Shown here: positions 45,737 to 54,925 of the stretch, piece by piece
Position numbering within the stretch: the stretch's first letter is position 1
Layout of the letters: each line of letters starts with the position of its first letter
Assembly: GCA_034421015.1 (NCBI GenBank)
Contig: DAOUKT010000037.1
Span: forward strand, 18,133-82,132
DNA: 64,000 bases
Reading direction: 5' to 3'
Origin: Dehalococcoidia bacterium
GTDB lineage: Bacteria; Chloroflexota; Dehalococcoidia; Lucifugimonadales; UBA2985
Translations under genes and position numbers: made by a program
The notes under the pieces: model-generated
Databases searched by the model: none
Told to the model about the DNA's origin: nothing
The model's input: only the letters and a program-made list of their open reading frames with translations

Positions 45737-46018
45737 ATGGAGGAACGCATAATGACCAGGCATCCCCAGGGCAAGAGTGGCGTCAACATCAGCAGGCGCA
45801 AGTACGAAACCATGCGGGACGCAATTGTCGACGCGCTGGCCGCCTCCGGGCCAATGACCCACACGGACTTGGTCAAGGATGTGGAGGCCCGGCTGGCGGG
45901 CGAATTTGAGGGGTCCGTAAAGTGGTACCTGGAGACAGTGAAGCTCGACCTTGAAGCCGGTGGAGTCGTCGAGCGCGTGCCCGGCACGAGGCCCCAACGT
46001 CTCCGGCTGTTCTCCTGA
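45737..46018 (+). CDS. Small hypothetical protein
   Basis: 93-aa ORF starting 4 nt after the trmD stop. Its codon usage matches its neighbours. No family recognised. Confidence 0.45.
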   Translation: MEERIMTRHPQGKSGVNISRRKYETMRDAIVDALAASGPMTHTDLVKDVEARLAGEFEGSVKWYLETVKLDLEAGGVVERVPGTRPQRLRLFS

Positions 46019-46073
46019 GCCTCGCGCCCAGGGCTGGCTGGCTGAGGTCTCGCACTGACCAAGGCCATTCGTT

Positions 46074-46110
46074 CCCGCTCATCCTGAGCCAGTCGAAGGA
46101 AATGAGCGGG
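46074..46110. repeat. Solo copy of hairpin 1 of the MITE-like element
   Basis: CCCGCTCAT-CCTGAGCCAGTCGAAGGAA-ATGAGCGGG. Compare 14857..14890 and 36728..36761. Confidence 0.7.
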
Positions 46111-46217
46111 AAGATTAGCTCGCTGGCTATAATCGAAAAGCCCTGTAGCACTGACAACCGCCCATTGACATTTTTCTGAGTTCCAGAATCTGCCCCGGAA
46201 ATTCCCCGAAAAGGGTA

Positions 46218-46246
46218 TTGCATTGGGGAGTTTTGTATGTTAGATT
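46218..46246 (+). promoter_or_regulatory. Sigma-70-like promoter upstream of mraZ
   Basis: TTGCAT (46218..46223), a 17-nt spacer, then TAGATT (46241..46246). A second TTGACA lies at 46165..46170. Confidence 0.45.
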
Positions 46247-46288
46247 TGGTGGCGTCAGGAACAAATAGGCACTAATAGGTGGAATAAG

Positions 46289-46735
46289 GTGCAAAGTGGC
46301 TCGCTTACCTTCTTTGGAGAACAGGAGCACCGGGTGGACCCCCAGGGCCGTATCTCTCTGCCCGCTCGCTACCGTGAAGCCTTCAGGGGAGGCATTGTTC
46401 TCACAAGAGGATACGACCGCTGCGTCGCAGCTTACACGCCATCCAGGTGGGAGGTCATCGCCGGTGAGATGGCCAGCCTCCCAATGAACAGGGCCAGGAA
46501 CAGAAGAATGCGCAGGGTTACATTCACATCCGCATACCAGCTGGAGACCGACAGGCAGGGCCGCGTGCTCCTGCCGGCGTCCCTTAGAAGCTACGCAGAC
46601 ATTGAGGACGAGGTGGTCATCGCCGGTATGGGGGATTTCTTCGAGATCTGGGCCAAGGAAGCGTGGCTCCTTGAGAGCGAGGCGCTGGAACAGGAAGCCT
46701 GGTTCCTTGCCGAGACGACAGAGGATCATTCGTGA
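46289..46735 (+). CDS. mraZ: Transcriptional regulator MraZ
   Basis: FFGEQEHRVDPQGRISLPARYREAF... with a second SpoVT-AbrB half, LETDRQGRVLLPASLRSYA. Confidence 0.92.
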   Translation: MQSGSLTFFGEQEHRVDPQGRISLPARYREAFRGGIVLTRGYDRCVAAYTPSRWEVIAGEMASLPMNRARNRRMRRVTFTSAYQLETDRQGRVLLPASLRSYADIEDEVVIAGMGDFFEIWAKEAWLLESEALEQEAWFLAETTEDHS

Positions 46736-47685
46736 GTACAGCAGTTATGGCATACCATATTCCCGTCATGGTGCAGGAGACGCTTTCCGCCCTTCAGGTG
46801 AAGCCCGGCGGCAGCTACATCGACTGCACGGTTGGAGAGGGTGGACACGCGGCCGCCATACTGGCCGCAGCCGCTCCCGGCGGCAGGCTGCTTGGCCTGG
46901 ACGCGGACGCCGAGGCTCTCAGCACGGCGGAGCAGACGCTGAGGGACCACTGGCAAGGGGCCACCCTGGTGAACCAGAGCTACAGCGACCTGGAGGACGT
47001 GGCCGTCCAGCACGGGTTCAATCCGGTCGACGGCATCCTCTTCGACCTGGGTCTCTCGTCGCTCCAGTTGGAGGGAGAGGGCAGGGGGTTCTCTTTCAGG
47101 CTGGATGAGCCGCTGGACATGCGGTTCGACACGCGGCAGGAGCTGACTGCCTGGCACGTGGTCAACGAGTACTCCGGTGAGGAGCTTACCGGGGTCATCT
47201 CCAGGTACGGGGAGGAGCGCAGGGCCGAGCGCATTGCCAGGGCGATAGCCTACTGCCGGCCCATCTACTCGTCCCTTGATCTGGCCCAGGTGGTGGCCAG
47301 GGCCGTAAGGCGTCCATTCGGCCGGACTCACCCGGCCACGCGGACCTTCCAGGCCATTCGCATGGAGGTCAACAGGGAGCTTGACAATATAGACACCGCG
47401 CTGCACCAGGCCGTGTCTCTCCTCAAGGCAGGAGGGCGGCTGGTCGTCATCAGCTACCACTCCCTTGAGGACCGGCTTGTCAAGCTGTTCCTGAGGTACG
47501 CAGACAGAGATGCAGGAACCATGCATCGCCCAACGTTGCGGATAATTTCCCCCTCCCGCGAGGAGGTAAGGACCAATCCGAGAAGTCGAAGCGCCCGGTT
47601 ACGGGTGGCGGAGCGCAAGTCAGAAGGGGATACCCCTTCTATAGATCCAAGTCCTGGTACGGGGGAAAGGCCACCGGAGTACTAA
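46732..47685 (+). CDS. rsmH: 16S rRNA (cytosine1402-N4)-methyltransferase
   Basis: HIPVMVQETLSAL...YIDCTVGEGGHA...GILFDLGLSSLQL...RGFSF...ISYHSLEDRLVK. Confidence 0.95.
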   Translation: MSTAVMAYHIPVMVQETLSALQVKPGGSYIDCTVGEGGHAAAILAAAAPGGRLLGLDADAEALSTAEQTLRDHWQGATLVNQSYSDLEDVAVQHGFNPVDGILFDLGLSSLQLEGEGRGFSFRLDEPLDMRFDTRQELTAWHVVNEYSGEELTGVISRYGEERRAERIARAIAYCRPIYSSLDLAQVVARAVRRPFGRTHPATRTFQAIRMEVNRELDNIDTALHQAVSLLKAGGRLVVISYHSLEDRLVKLFLRYADRDAGTMHRPTLRIISPSREEVRTNPRSRSARLRVAERKSEGDTPSIDPSPGTGERPPEY

Positions 47686-47815
47686 ATCACGCCCCAACGC
47701 GAGCAGGTGACAGGCGGCCAATTCTCTGCGGTAAACCCTCTATCTCCGAGGCCTTACCCCCAAGACCGGGCGGATCTCTTTTGGGACACCAATAAACCCA
47801 AGGGAGGCGCAAGAC

Positions 47816-49054
47816 ATGAAACACGAGACTGTACATGCGGCGATTGATGTAGGCACATCCAAGGTGTGCACGTTCATCGGCCATTCCAACGGCCTGGACG
47901 ACATGCAAGTCCTTGGTATTGGGCTGGTGCCGTCACGCGGGATGCAGAAGGGGAGCGTCAGCAACATCCCGGACGTTCACCAGGCAATAGAGGCGTCAAT
48001 CCAGAAGGCTGAGCACCAGGCCGGGATAAAGGTCACTTCAGTCAGCGCCAGCATATCCGGGACCCACCTGGGCTATGCAAACTCCAGGGCCGCTCTGGGC
48101 AATCGCAAGTACGAGAGCCCCGTCAGCCCGGACGATCTCAAGCAGATAATGAGGGCCTGCTACACGGACAACAACGGCATGAACTCCAGAATCCTCCACG
48201 TGATTCCAAGGGATTACTCGGTGGACGGCAACTGGGGAATCCGGGACCCAATCGGCATGTTCGCCTCCTCGGTTGAGGTGGAAAGCCACGTGGTTTTGGG
48301 GGACCCGACCTCTATAGACAACCTGGTTGAGGCGTTTCGCAGGACCAAGGTCCGACTCAAGGGCCTGATTATGGGGCCGCTGGCAAGCGCGGAGGCCGTC
48401 CTGTCCGAGGATGAGCGGGAAATGGGCGTTGTCCTCGCAGACATTGGCGGCGGGACAACGGACATTTCCATCTTCATGGAAGGCAGCATCTGGCACACAA
48501 AGGTGGTGCCGGTGGGCGGATTCCAGTTCACCCGGGACATCTCCATTGCCTTCACAACCTTCTTCCAGGCTGCCGAAAACGCCAAGCTACAGTATGGCGA
48601 CGCCATACCCGGATCGGTGGACCCTGATGAGACGGTAACCCTGCCGGGATTCGGCAACGAGGGGGCCACTGAGATCTCCCGGGAGACCCTCTGCCAGGTG
48701 ATCAACGAGCGCATGGACGAGCTCCTTCGCATAGTCCAGCGAGAGGTCAAGCAGTCCGGGTTGTCCGGCGCGCCGCCAGGCGGCCTTGTTCTCACGGGGG
48801 GCACTGCAAAGCTGCCCGGCCTGGAGGAGCTGGCGGCCGACATCTGGCCCGGACCGGTGAGGATTGGTGTGCCCACAGCGTCCGCATGGGTGCCGCAGAA
48901 CCTGGAGGACCCCGCCTTCGCCACAGGGCTTGGACTTCTGCACTGGGACGCCAAGCAGCAGCATGGAGGCGTCAGCAACGGGAACGGCCACTCCAAGCAG
49001 AGCCACCGCGGGAAGCACTGGCTGAGTATCTTCAAGCGAAAATCCCAGGTCTAG
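47816..49054 (+). CDS. ftsA: Cell division protein FtsA
   Basis: AAIDVGTSKVCTFIG...DIGGGTTDISIF... shows the actin-fold motifs. GGAGG precedes the ATG. Confidence 0.94.
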   Translation: MKHETVHAAIDVGTSKVCTFIGHSNGLDDMQVLGIGLVPSRGMQKGSVSNIPDVHQAIEASIQKAEHQAGIKVTSVSASISGTHLGYANSRAALGNRKYESPVSPDDLKQIMRACYTDNNGMNSRILHVIPRDYSVDGNWGIRDPIGMFASSVEVESHVVLGDPTSIDNLVEAFRRTKVRLKGLIMGPLASAEAVLSEDEREMGVVLADIGGGTTDISIFMEGSIWHTKVVPVGGFQFTRDISIAFTTFFQAAENAKLQYGDAIPGSVDPDETVTLPGFGNEGATEISRETLCQVINERMDELLRIVQREVKQSGLSGAPPGGLVLTGGTAKLPGLEELAADIWPGPVRIGVPTASAWVPQNLEDPAFATGLGLLHWDAKQQHGGVSNGNGHSKQSHRGKHWLSIFKRKSQV

Positions 49055-49081
49055 CACACGAACATCAGAGGAGGTCAAGCG

Positions 49082-50164
49082 ATGGCAGGCCAGTCATTCG
49101 AGAACGATGGAATAGCCCGTATCAAGGTTGTTGGAGTAGGCGGTGGGGGGTGCAACGCGGTCTCCCGGATGTTCCGGGAGCGGGTGCAGGGAGTTGAGTA
49201 CGTGGGCGTAAACACCGACTCCCAGGCTCTTATGCGCTCCGAGGTCCCCCTCAGGATCCGCATGGGGGAGAAGCTGACTCGCGGCCTTGGCGTCGGCGGA
49301 AACCCTGAGAAGGGCAAGGAGTCCGCCGAGGAGAGCAGGGAGGAGATTTTCGAAGCCGTCAAGGACTCCGACATGGTATTCGTTGCTGCAGGCATGGGCG
49401 GCGGCACCGGAACGGGAGCCGCGCCGGTGGTGGCCGAGATTGCCAAGGAGGCCGAGGCCCTGACAATTGCAGTCGTCACCAAACCCTTCAGCTTTGAAGG
49501 AAGCAAGCGCAGGAAGCTGGCGGATGAGGGCATAGCGCGTCTGAAGGAGAAGGTGGACACCCTGATCATCATCCCCAACGACAGGCTTTTTGCCGTGTGC
49601 GACGAGACCGTGACCATGGAAAACGCCTTCCGGCTGGCGGATGACGTGCTCCGGCAGGGCGTTCAGTCAATTGCCGAGCTTGTCACTGTGCCCGGCGAGG
49701 TGAACCTGGACTTTGCCGACGTGAAGACGGTTATGAGCAACGCCGGACCTGCGTGGATGGCAATCGGCCGGGGAACCGGTGACAACAAGGCAGTGGAAGC
49801 GGCCAAAGCGGCGGTGAGCAGCGCCCTTCTGGACGTTTCGATTGAGGGCGCCAAGGGAATTCTCTACAACGTGACCGGGGGCACGGACCTGTCACTGCTG
49901 GAAGTGCAGGCCGCAGCGGACGTTATTCGAGACGCGGCAGACCCCGACGCCAATATCTTCTTTGGTATGGTCACGGACATGAAGATGGAGGACGAGGTCA
50001 AAATAACCATAATCGCCACCGGATTCTCATCGGAGGAGCGCGTTCCGGCGAGTGATGAGCAGATCAACCAGCTGATTATGGACGTGATGACCAGTGAGGC
50101 GGAGCTGGACATTCCCCCGTTCCTGAGAAGACAACCCTCCGGCAACCGGAGAACCAGGGTTTAA
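49082..50164 (+). CDS. ftsZ: Cell division protein FtsZ
   Basis: [14 protein letters not shown]...[21 protein letters not shown]...NLDFADV. Confidence 0.97.
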   Translation: MAGQSFENDGIARIKVVGVGGGGCNAVSRMFRERVQGVEYVGVNTDSQALMRSEVPLRIRMGEKLTRGLGVGGNPEKGKESAEESREEIFEAVKDSDMVFVAAGMGGGTGTGAAPVVAEIAKEAEALTIAVVTKPFSFEGSKRRKLADEGIARLKEKVDTLIIIPNDRLFAVCDETVTMENAFRLADDVLRQGVQSIAELVTVPGEVNLDFADVKTVMSNAGPAWMAIGRGTGDNKAVEAAKAAVSSALLDVSIEGAKGILYNVTGGTDLSLLEVQAAADVIRDAADPDANIFFGMVTDMKMEDEVKITIIATGFSSEERVPASDEQINQLIMDVMTSEAELDIPPFLRRQPSGNRRTRV

Positions 50165-50209
50165 GAAGACGCCAACGGCATATTGACCTTTGTCGTTGCC
50201 GGCATTATT

Positions 50210-50237
50210 TCGAGGCCACCTCCTCAGGTGGCCTCGA
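50210..50237 (+). terminator. Stem-loop terminator after ftsZ
   Basis: TCGAGGCCACC-TCCTCA-GGTGGCCTCGA, a perfect 11-bp stem. There is no clear T-tract. Confidence 0.55.
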
Positions 50238-50265
50238 CTCTTGTGAAAAGAGTTTTGTCAAGCCC

Positions 50266-50293
50266 TTGCCATTTCAGCTATGTTGCGTAGAAT
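50266..50293 (+). promoter_or_regulatory. Sigma-70-like promoter upstream of secD
   Basis: TTGCCA (50266..50271), a 16-nt spacer, then TAGAAT (50288..50293). Confidence 0.45.
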
Positions 50294-50318
50294 ATATAGG
50301 ACTCAATTCAAAGGATAG

Positions 50319-52205
50319 TTGATGCGAAGATTTCCACTGAAACGCTTCATCCTGGTCGCCATAATAGTCGCGCTGGCGGCGACCTCGCTTGCTATCCAGG
50401 AGATACGCGTTTCCGGCGCGGGCATCAACTTCGTCCGGGGCTCCGACAGCATCCTGGGCCTGCGGCTTGGCCTTGACCTCGAGGGCGGGAGCCATCTGAT
50501 CTACCAGGCGCTGCCGGAGGACGGAGCCGAGTCGCCAACCGCCGACCAGATGGAAGGCGTCATCCAGACCATCGAGCGCCGCGTGAACGCCTTTGGCGTG
50601 GCAGAGCCCATCATCCAGAGCATGGGCGCAGACCGGGTGCTGGTCCAGCTGCCGGGAGTCGGCACAACAAAGGCGAGGGTCACTTTCCAGCAGGACGTTG
50701 GCGAGCAGTCCGTCCGCGCCGTCCTGGCCGACTTTGACCGCTCAAGCGCGACAATTGAAAGGGAGGACAACCGGAACTACGTGATCGAGCTTCCCTCCCT
50801 CAGGCCACAGGAGTTGGACGCTGAAGGCAACGTGTTAGTGGCCGCCGAAAGGGACCAGATCCGGGAGGCCCTGGAGAGGGCATTCCCGGCATCCACTCTG
50901 TCGCTCCAGTTCTCTGGCCCCGTAGATGTAGATACAATAAGCTCGACGCTGGGCCGGGAGGATGCGTCCGTGACCAGGGAGTCGGACACGTCCTACAACG
51001 TGCAGTTTCCGTCCCTTGAGCCAGCGATTCTGGACGCCGAAGGCAACGTCGTTCGGCCCGCTGAGGGGGCTACCATAATTGCGTCGCTTCGGCAGCAGAT
51101 CCCCTCGCTCACCACCTCAAGCGTTGAAGAACTCTCATTCCTGATCACCGGAGGCGTGGAAGAGGCCAAGAGGCTCATCGGTCAGACGGCCCAGCTGGAA
51201 CTTATGGAGCGGGTCTGTCTCAACGACCCGGAGGACATCACCCAGAGCTGCGATGACCCGGAGTACCACGTGGACACACCCCTCAGCCTGTCAGGTGAAG
51301 ATCTGGTCAGAGCCTACGCCGGGTCCCACCCGTCCCTGGGCATTCCCATAGTGAATATCGAGTTCAACAGCGATGGGGCCACTATTTTCGCCAGGCACAC
51401 CCAGGACATAGCCGGCACGAACAACCGCACGGCCTTCTTCCTGGACGGCGAGCTGCTGATCGACCCCGTTGCGCGACAGGTGATATCCGGGGGGCGCGCC
51501 TTCATCCAAAGCCCCGACTTTACGCCGGAACGCGTGCGGACCATAGCCATTCAGTTGGAGTCCGGTCGTCTTCAGGTGCCGCTGGAGTTGATCCAGGAGC
51601 TTGAGGTGGACGCCACCTTGGGAGAGGACTCCCTGAGAAAGAGCCTCGTTGCAGGGGTCATCGGCCTGGGTATCGTTCTGCTGTTCATGGCCCTCTACTA
51701 CAAGCTGCCCGGTGTGGTGGCCTGCCTGGCCCTCGTCGCGTACGGGATAATTGTCATCTCAATCATCAAGCTGTGGCCCATTACGCTGACCCTGGGCGGA
51801 ATCGCCGCCTTCATCCTCTCACTTGGAATGGCGGTGGACGCCAACATCCTCATATTCGAGCGTATCAAGGAGGAGCTGCGAAGCGGCCGCTCTCTGATGG
51901 CGGCCACTGAGACGGGCTTCAACCGCGCCTGGCCCGCAATCCGGGACAGCAACGTCTCCACCTTCATCACCTGCGCCATACTGTTCTGGTTCGGCAACCG
52001 GCTGGGCACCGGCCTGGTGACTGGCTTTGCTGTGACGCTGTTCATCGGAGTGGGGATCAGCATGTTCTCGGCGCTGACGGTGACCAGGACCCTGCTGAGG
52101 ATAGTAGCAATCACACCACTGGGACGGTTCCTCTCCCTCTACGCGCCGGTGGGAAGAGTCGAAAACGCCCCAAGGCCCGGCTCGCCGCTGGGAGACAGGA
52201 GATAG
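50319..52205 (+). CDS. secD: Protein translocase subunit SecD with a duplicated periplasmic insert
   Basis: LGLDLEGGSHLIYQ...VQLPGV...EEAKRLIGQTAQLEL...LGMAVDANILIFERIKEELR. 628 aa. Confidence 0.93.
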   Translation: MMRRFPLKRFILVAIIVALAATSLAIQEIRVSGAGINFVRGSDSILGLRLGLDLEGGSHLIYQALPEDGAESPTADQMEGVIQTIERRVNAFGVAEPIIQSMGADRVLVQLPGVGTTKARVTFQQDVGEQSVRAVLADFDRSSATIEREDNRNYVIELPSLRPQELDAEGNVLVAAERDQIREALERAFPASTLSLQFSGPVDVDTISSTLGREDASVTRESDTSYNVQFPSLEPAILDAEGNVVRPAEGATIIASLRQQIPSLTTSSVEELSFLITGGVEEAKRLIGQTAQLELMERVCLNDPEDITQSCDDPEYHVDTPLSLSGEDLVRAYAGSHPSLGIPIVNIEFNSDGATIFARHTQDIAGTNNRTAFFLDGELLIDPVARQVISGGRAFIQSPDFTPERVRTIAIQLESGRLQVPLELIQELEVDATLGEDSLRKSLVAGVIGLGIVLLFMALYYKLPGVVACLALVAYGIIVISIIKLWPITLTLGGIAAFILSLGMAVDANILIFERIKEELRSGRSLMAATETGFNRAWPAIRDSNVSTFITCAILFWFGNRLGTGLVTGFAVTLFIGVGISMFSALTVTRTLLRIVAITPLGRFLSLYAPVGRVENAPRPGSPLGDRR

Positions 52206-52211
52206 GCGACC

Positions 52212-53156
52212 TTGGACTTCGTAGGAAAGCGGCACTGGTTATTCCTGGTCTCGTTTGTGGTGGCCGCGGCCAGCGTGGCCTCGCTGGTGGCGCCGGGCGG
52301 CCTCAACACGGGCCTGGAGTTCACCGGCGGGTCCTCCATGACACTGGAGTTCGCAGAGCACGTGGAGCAGGCGGACGTTAGAGCGGAGCTCAGCCGCCTT
52401 GGCCATCCGGAGGCCGTAATCCAGCAACTGGGCGACAGGAGCTACTTCCTGCGCACCAGGCTCCTGGAGGAGTCCGTGGAGGGCCGTCCCTCCGGCAGGG
52501 AGAGAATCGTCAGCGGCCTGGAGGCGAGCCTGGGGACCAGCGTGGAAAGCTCCGATCTGTTCTCGGTATCGCCCAGCATAGCCTCCGAGACGGTCCGCAA
52601 CGCCATAATCATCGTGGTCATCGCCTCCGTAGCCATCATGGTGTACATCACCTGGGCCTTCCGCAGGGTGCCCTCGCCATTCAGGTACGGGCTTTCCGCG
52701 ATTATCGCCCTCATCCACGACGTGGTCGTTGTCCTTGGCGTCTACTCGATTCTGGGACGCATCTTCGGATTCGAGGTTGATGCGCTGTTCATCGCCGGCA
52801 TCCTGACAGTTATCGGCTACAGCGTGAACGACACCATCGTGGTCTTCGACCGCATACGGGAGAACATAATCAGGGGCATTGGACGAGACCTGGGCTCCGC
52901 CATTAACGTCAGCATCCAGGACACCCTGGGCCGCTCCTTCAACACCAGCCTGACGCTGCTGTTTGCGATTCTGGCGCTGCTTCTCTTTGGCGGGCCTACG
53001 ATACGCGACTTCCTGGTGGTGCTGCTGATAGGCGTAATTGTCGGGACGTACAGCTCCATCTGGATAGCCAGCCAGGCGCTGTTCTCGTGGGAGAGCGGCG
53101 ACGCCGGCAAGCTGTTCAGAAGGCTGCCGCTGCCCTTCGGCTCACGGGCAGGGTAG
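52212..53156 (+). CDS. secF: Protein translocase subunit SecF
   Basis: GLEFTGGSSMTLEF...IALIHDVVVVLGVYSI...GYSVNDTIVVFDRIREN. Confidence 0.93.
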   Translation: MDFVGKRHWLFLVSFVVAAASVASLVAPGGLNTGLEFTGGSSMTLEFAEHVEQADVRAELSRLGHPEAVIQQLGDRSYFLRTRLLEESVEGRPSGRERIVSGLEASLGTSVESSDLFSVSPSIASETVRNAIIIVVIASVAIMVYITWAFRRVPSPFRYGLSAIIALIHDVVVVLGVYSILGRIFGFEVDALFIAGILTVIGYSVNDTIVVFDRIRENIIRGIGRDLGSAINVSIQDTLGRSFNTSLTLLFAILALLLFGGPTIRDFLVVLLIGVIVGTYSSIWIASQALFSWESGDAGKLFRRLPLPFGSRAG

Positions 53157-53244
53157 GGGAGTGGTTTCTGTCGGCCCTTGTTGTACAATAGACTCCAGGT
53201 GGGGCCTACGCTTCAAGGACCCGATTTCGAACTAGAAGATTGGA

Positions 53245-53598
53245 ATGCTTCGGCAAGAAACTTACAGACAGCAGAGCAAGGTCTTTCTCGATAGCGCCAG
53301 AGAGTTCCTCCGAGAAGGCAATCTGTATCAGGCGTCAGAGAAGGGTTGGGGCGCTGCCTCTCAAATGGTGAAGGCGCTGGCCGAGCGGCGCGGCTGGGAC
53401 CACAGGCATCACAGCCTGCTCCAGCAGGCAGTGGACTCCCTGGCTGCGGAGACTGGAGACCAGGAGTATTTGCTGCTCTTCAGCAGCGCGGACAGCCTTC
53501 ACAAGAACTTCTACGAAGGAATGATGGCCCAGCCGACTGTAGCCCTGCATCTGGTGCAAGTAACCAGGTTTGTTGAGAAGGTTGAGCAGCGACTTTAG
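53245..53598 (+). CDS. PaREP1-like / HEPN-superfamily small helical protein
   Basis: FLREGNLYQASEKGWGAASQMVKALAERRGW...HHSLLQQAVDSLA...LHKNFYEG matches my recollection of the PaREP1 pattern. By eye it is AT-richer than its neighbours. Confidence 0.55.
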   Translation: MLRQETYRQQSKVFLDSAREFLREGNLYQASEKGWGAASQMVKALAERRGWDHRHHSLLQQAVDSLAAETGDQEYLLLFSSADSLHKNFYEGMMAQPTVALHLVQVTRFVEKVEQRL

Positions 53599-53632
53599 CC
53601 GGACCTGAGAATGGTCTGAACAAGTCCACTCC

Positions 53633-53716
53633 ACTCCCGCGTAGCCTGCCCCGTACTTTGATACGGGGGCGGGAGTCCACACTCCACCCCCTCTGGATTC
53701 CTCCCTGCGCAGGAAT
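53633..53716. repeat. Palindromic hairpin units, including a nested pair
   Basis: ACTCCCGC[...CCCCGTA-CTTTGA-TACGGGG]GCGGGAGT at 53633..53676, and ATTCCTCC-CTGC-GCAGGAAT at 53697..53716. Confidence 0.8.
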
Positions 53717-53741
53717 GGTTGTGACTTGTTCTCAGAGATTT

Positions 53742-54770
53742 CTACGGCTTGATGATTACCCGCCCGAAGGTCTCCTTGTTGAGCATGGCCCTGTAGGCGT
53801 CCACCGCCTCGTCGAAGGAGTAGCTCTGGGACGCGACAGGGCTGATGTGGCCTTGCTGCACCAGGTCTGCCACCTCCCTGAGCTGCTTGCGCGTCGAGCC
53901 GCCCGTGCCCATGATGTGGGCGTCCCTGAATATGATCTCGGCCGGGTTTATCGCAATCTGGCCCGGCCCTATCGCGCCCACAATGACCATCCTGCCAAAC
54001 TGCCCCAGGCTCCGGAAGGAGCTGTTGAACGTCACGCCGGCCACGTTCTCCACCACAACGTCCACGCCTTCGTCTCCGGTCATGGCCATGACCAGCTCAC
54101 TGAAGTCCAGGTCATCGACCAGCAGCACTTCGTCCGCGCCCGCCTCGCTGAGGCGGTCCATCTTCTCCGGCGACGTGGTCACGGCAAAGACCATCGCGCC
54201 CATCGCCTTGGCAATCTGGATGGAGTGGACGCCCAGCCCGCCGCCTGCGCCTGTGACCAGGGCCCGCTCCCCGGCCCGAAGCCCGGCAACGTCCTTGATT
54301 GCATTAAGGGCCACTCCAATGGGGCAGCTGTACAGGCTTGCGCCGTCCAGGTCCGTGCCCTCCGGCAGCGCGACAAGGGCGTTCTGGTGCAGCTTCACGT
54401 ACTCCGACAGCCCCCCGTCTATCCTGTGGCCGATGCCCCGGCCGTTGACGCATCGCTGCTCCATGCCACGCCGGCACTGGTCGCAGTGGGCGCAGGGCTC
54501 CGTGAAGATGGAGGCCACCGGGTCGCCGACCCTGAACCCATCCACCCCATCGCCAACCTGGGCAACCGTGCCGGAAATCTCGTGGCCCAGGACAACCCTC
54601 TCCTTGACCCCCCGGCGCAGCACCCCCTGCATCACAAGCACGTCGTGGTAGCAGAGGCCGCAGGCGTGGACCTTCACCAGCACGTCGCCGGCCTCCAGGG
54701 CCGGGATGTCCCGCTCCTCAATGGCAAGTCGAGGCGTCTCCCCGGGTTCTTCCAGTACAAGGGCTCTCAT
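53742..54770 (-). CDS. Zn-dependent alcohol dehydrogenase (MDR family)
   Basis: MRALVLEEPGE...VKVHACGLCYHD...GHEISGTV...CAHCDQCRRG...VTGAGGGLGVHSIQIAK. Start at ATG 54770, behind GAGGTGA. Confidence 0.9.
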   Translation of the reverse strand: MRALVLEEPGETPRLAIEERDIPALEAGDVLVKVHACGLCYHDVLVMQGVLRRGVKERVVLGHEISGTVAQVGDGVDGFRVGDPVASIFTEPCAHCDQCRRGMEQRCVNGRGIGHRIDGGLSEYVKLHQNALVALPEGTDLDGASLYSCPIGVALNAIKDVAGLRAGERALVTGAGGGLGVHSIQIAKAMGAMVFAVTTSPEKMDRLSEAGADEVLLVDDLDFSELVMAMTGDEGVDVVVENVAGVTFNSSFRSLGQFGRMVIVGAIGPGQIAINPAEIIFRDAHIMGTGGSTRKQLREVADLVQQGHISPVASQSYSFDEAVDAYRAMLNKETFGRVIIKP

Positions 54771-54925
54771 GGCAGCTTTCACCTCGCATTCATCAGCGAA
54801 AAGTCGTTGGTACACCAGCATAGCACATCTCACAGGGCGAAGAGTCGCCGCGCCCTTCGATTCGGGTCGGAGTCGTACTATAATGGGGCCACACTTGGAC
54901 CACCGACCACAAAGAAGGAGGCGCC

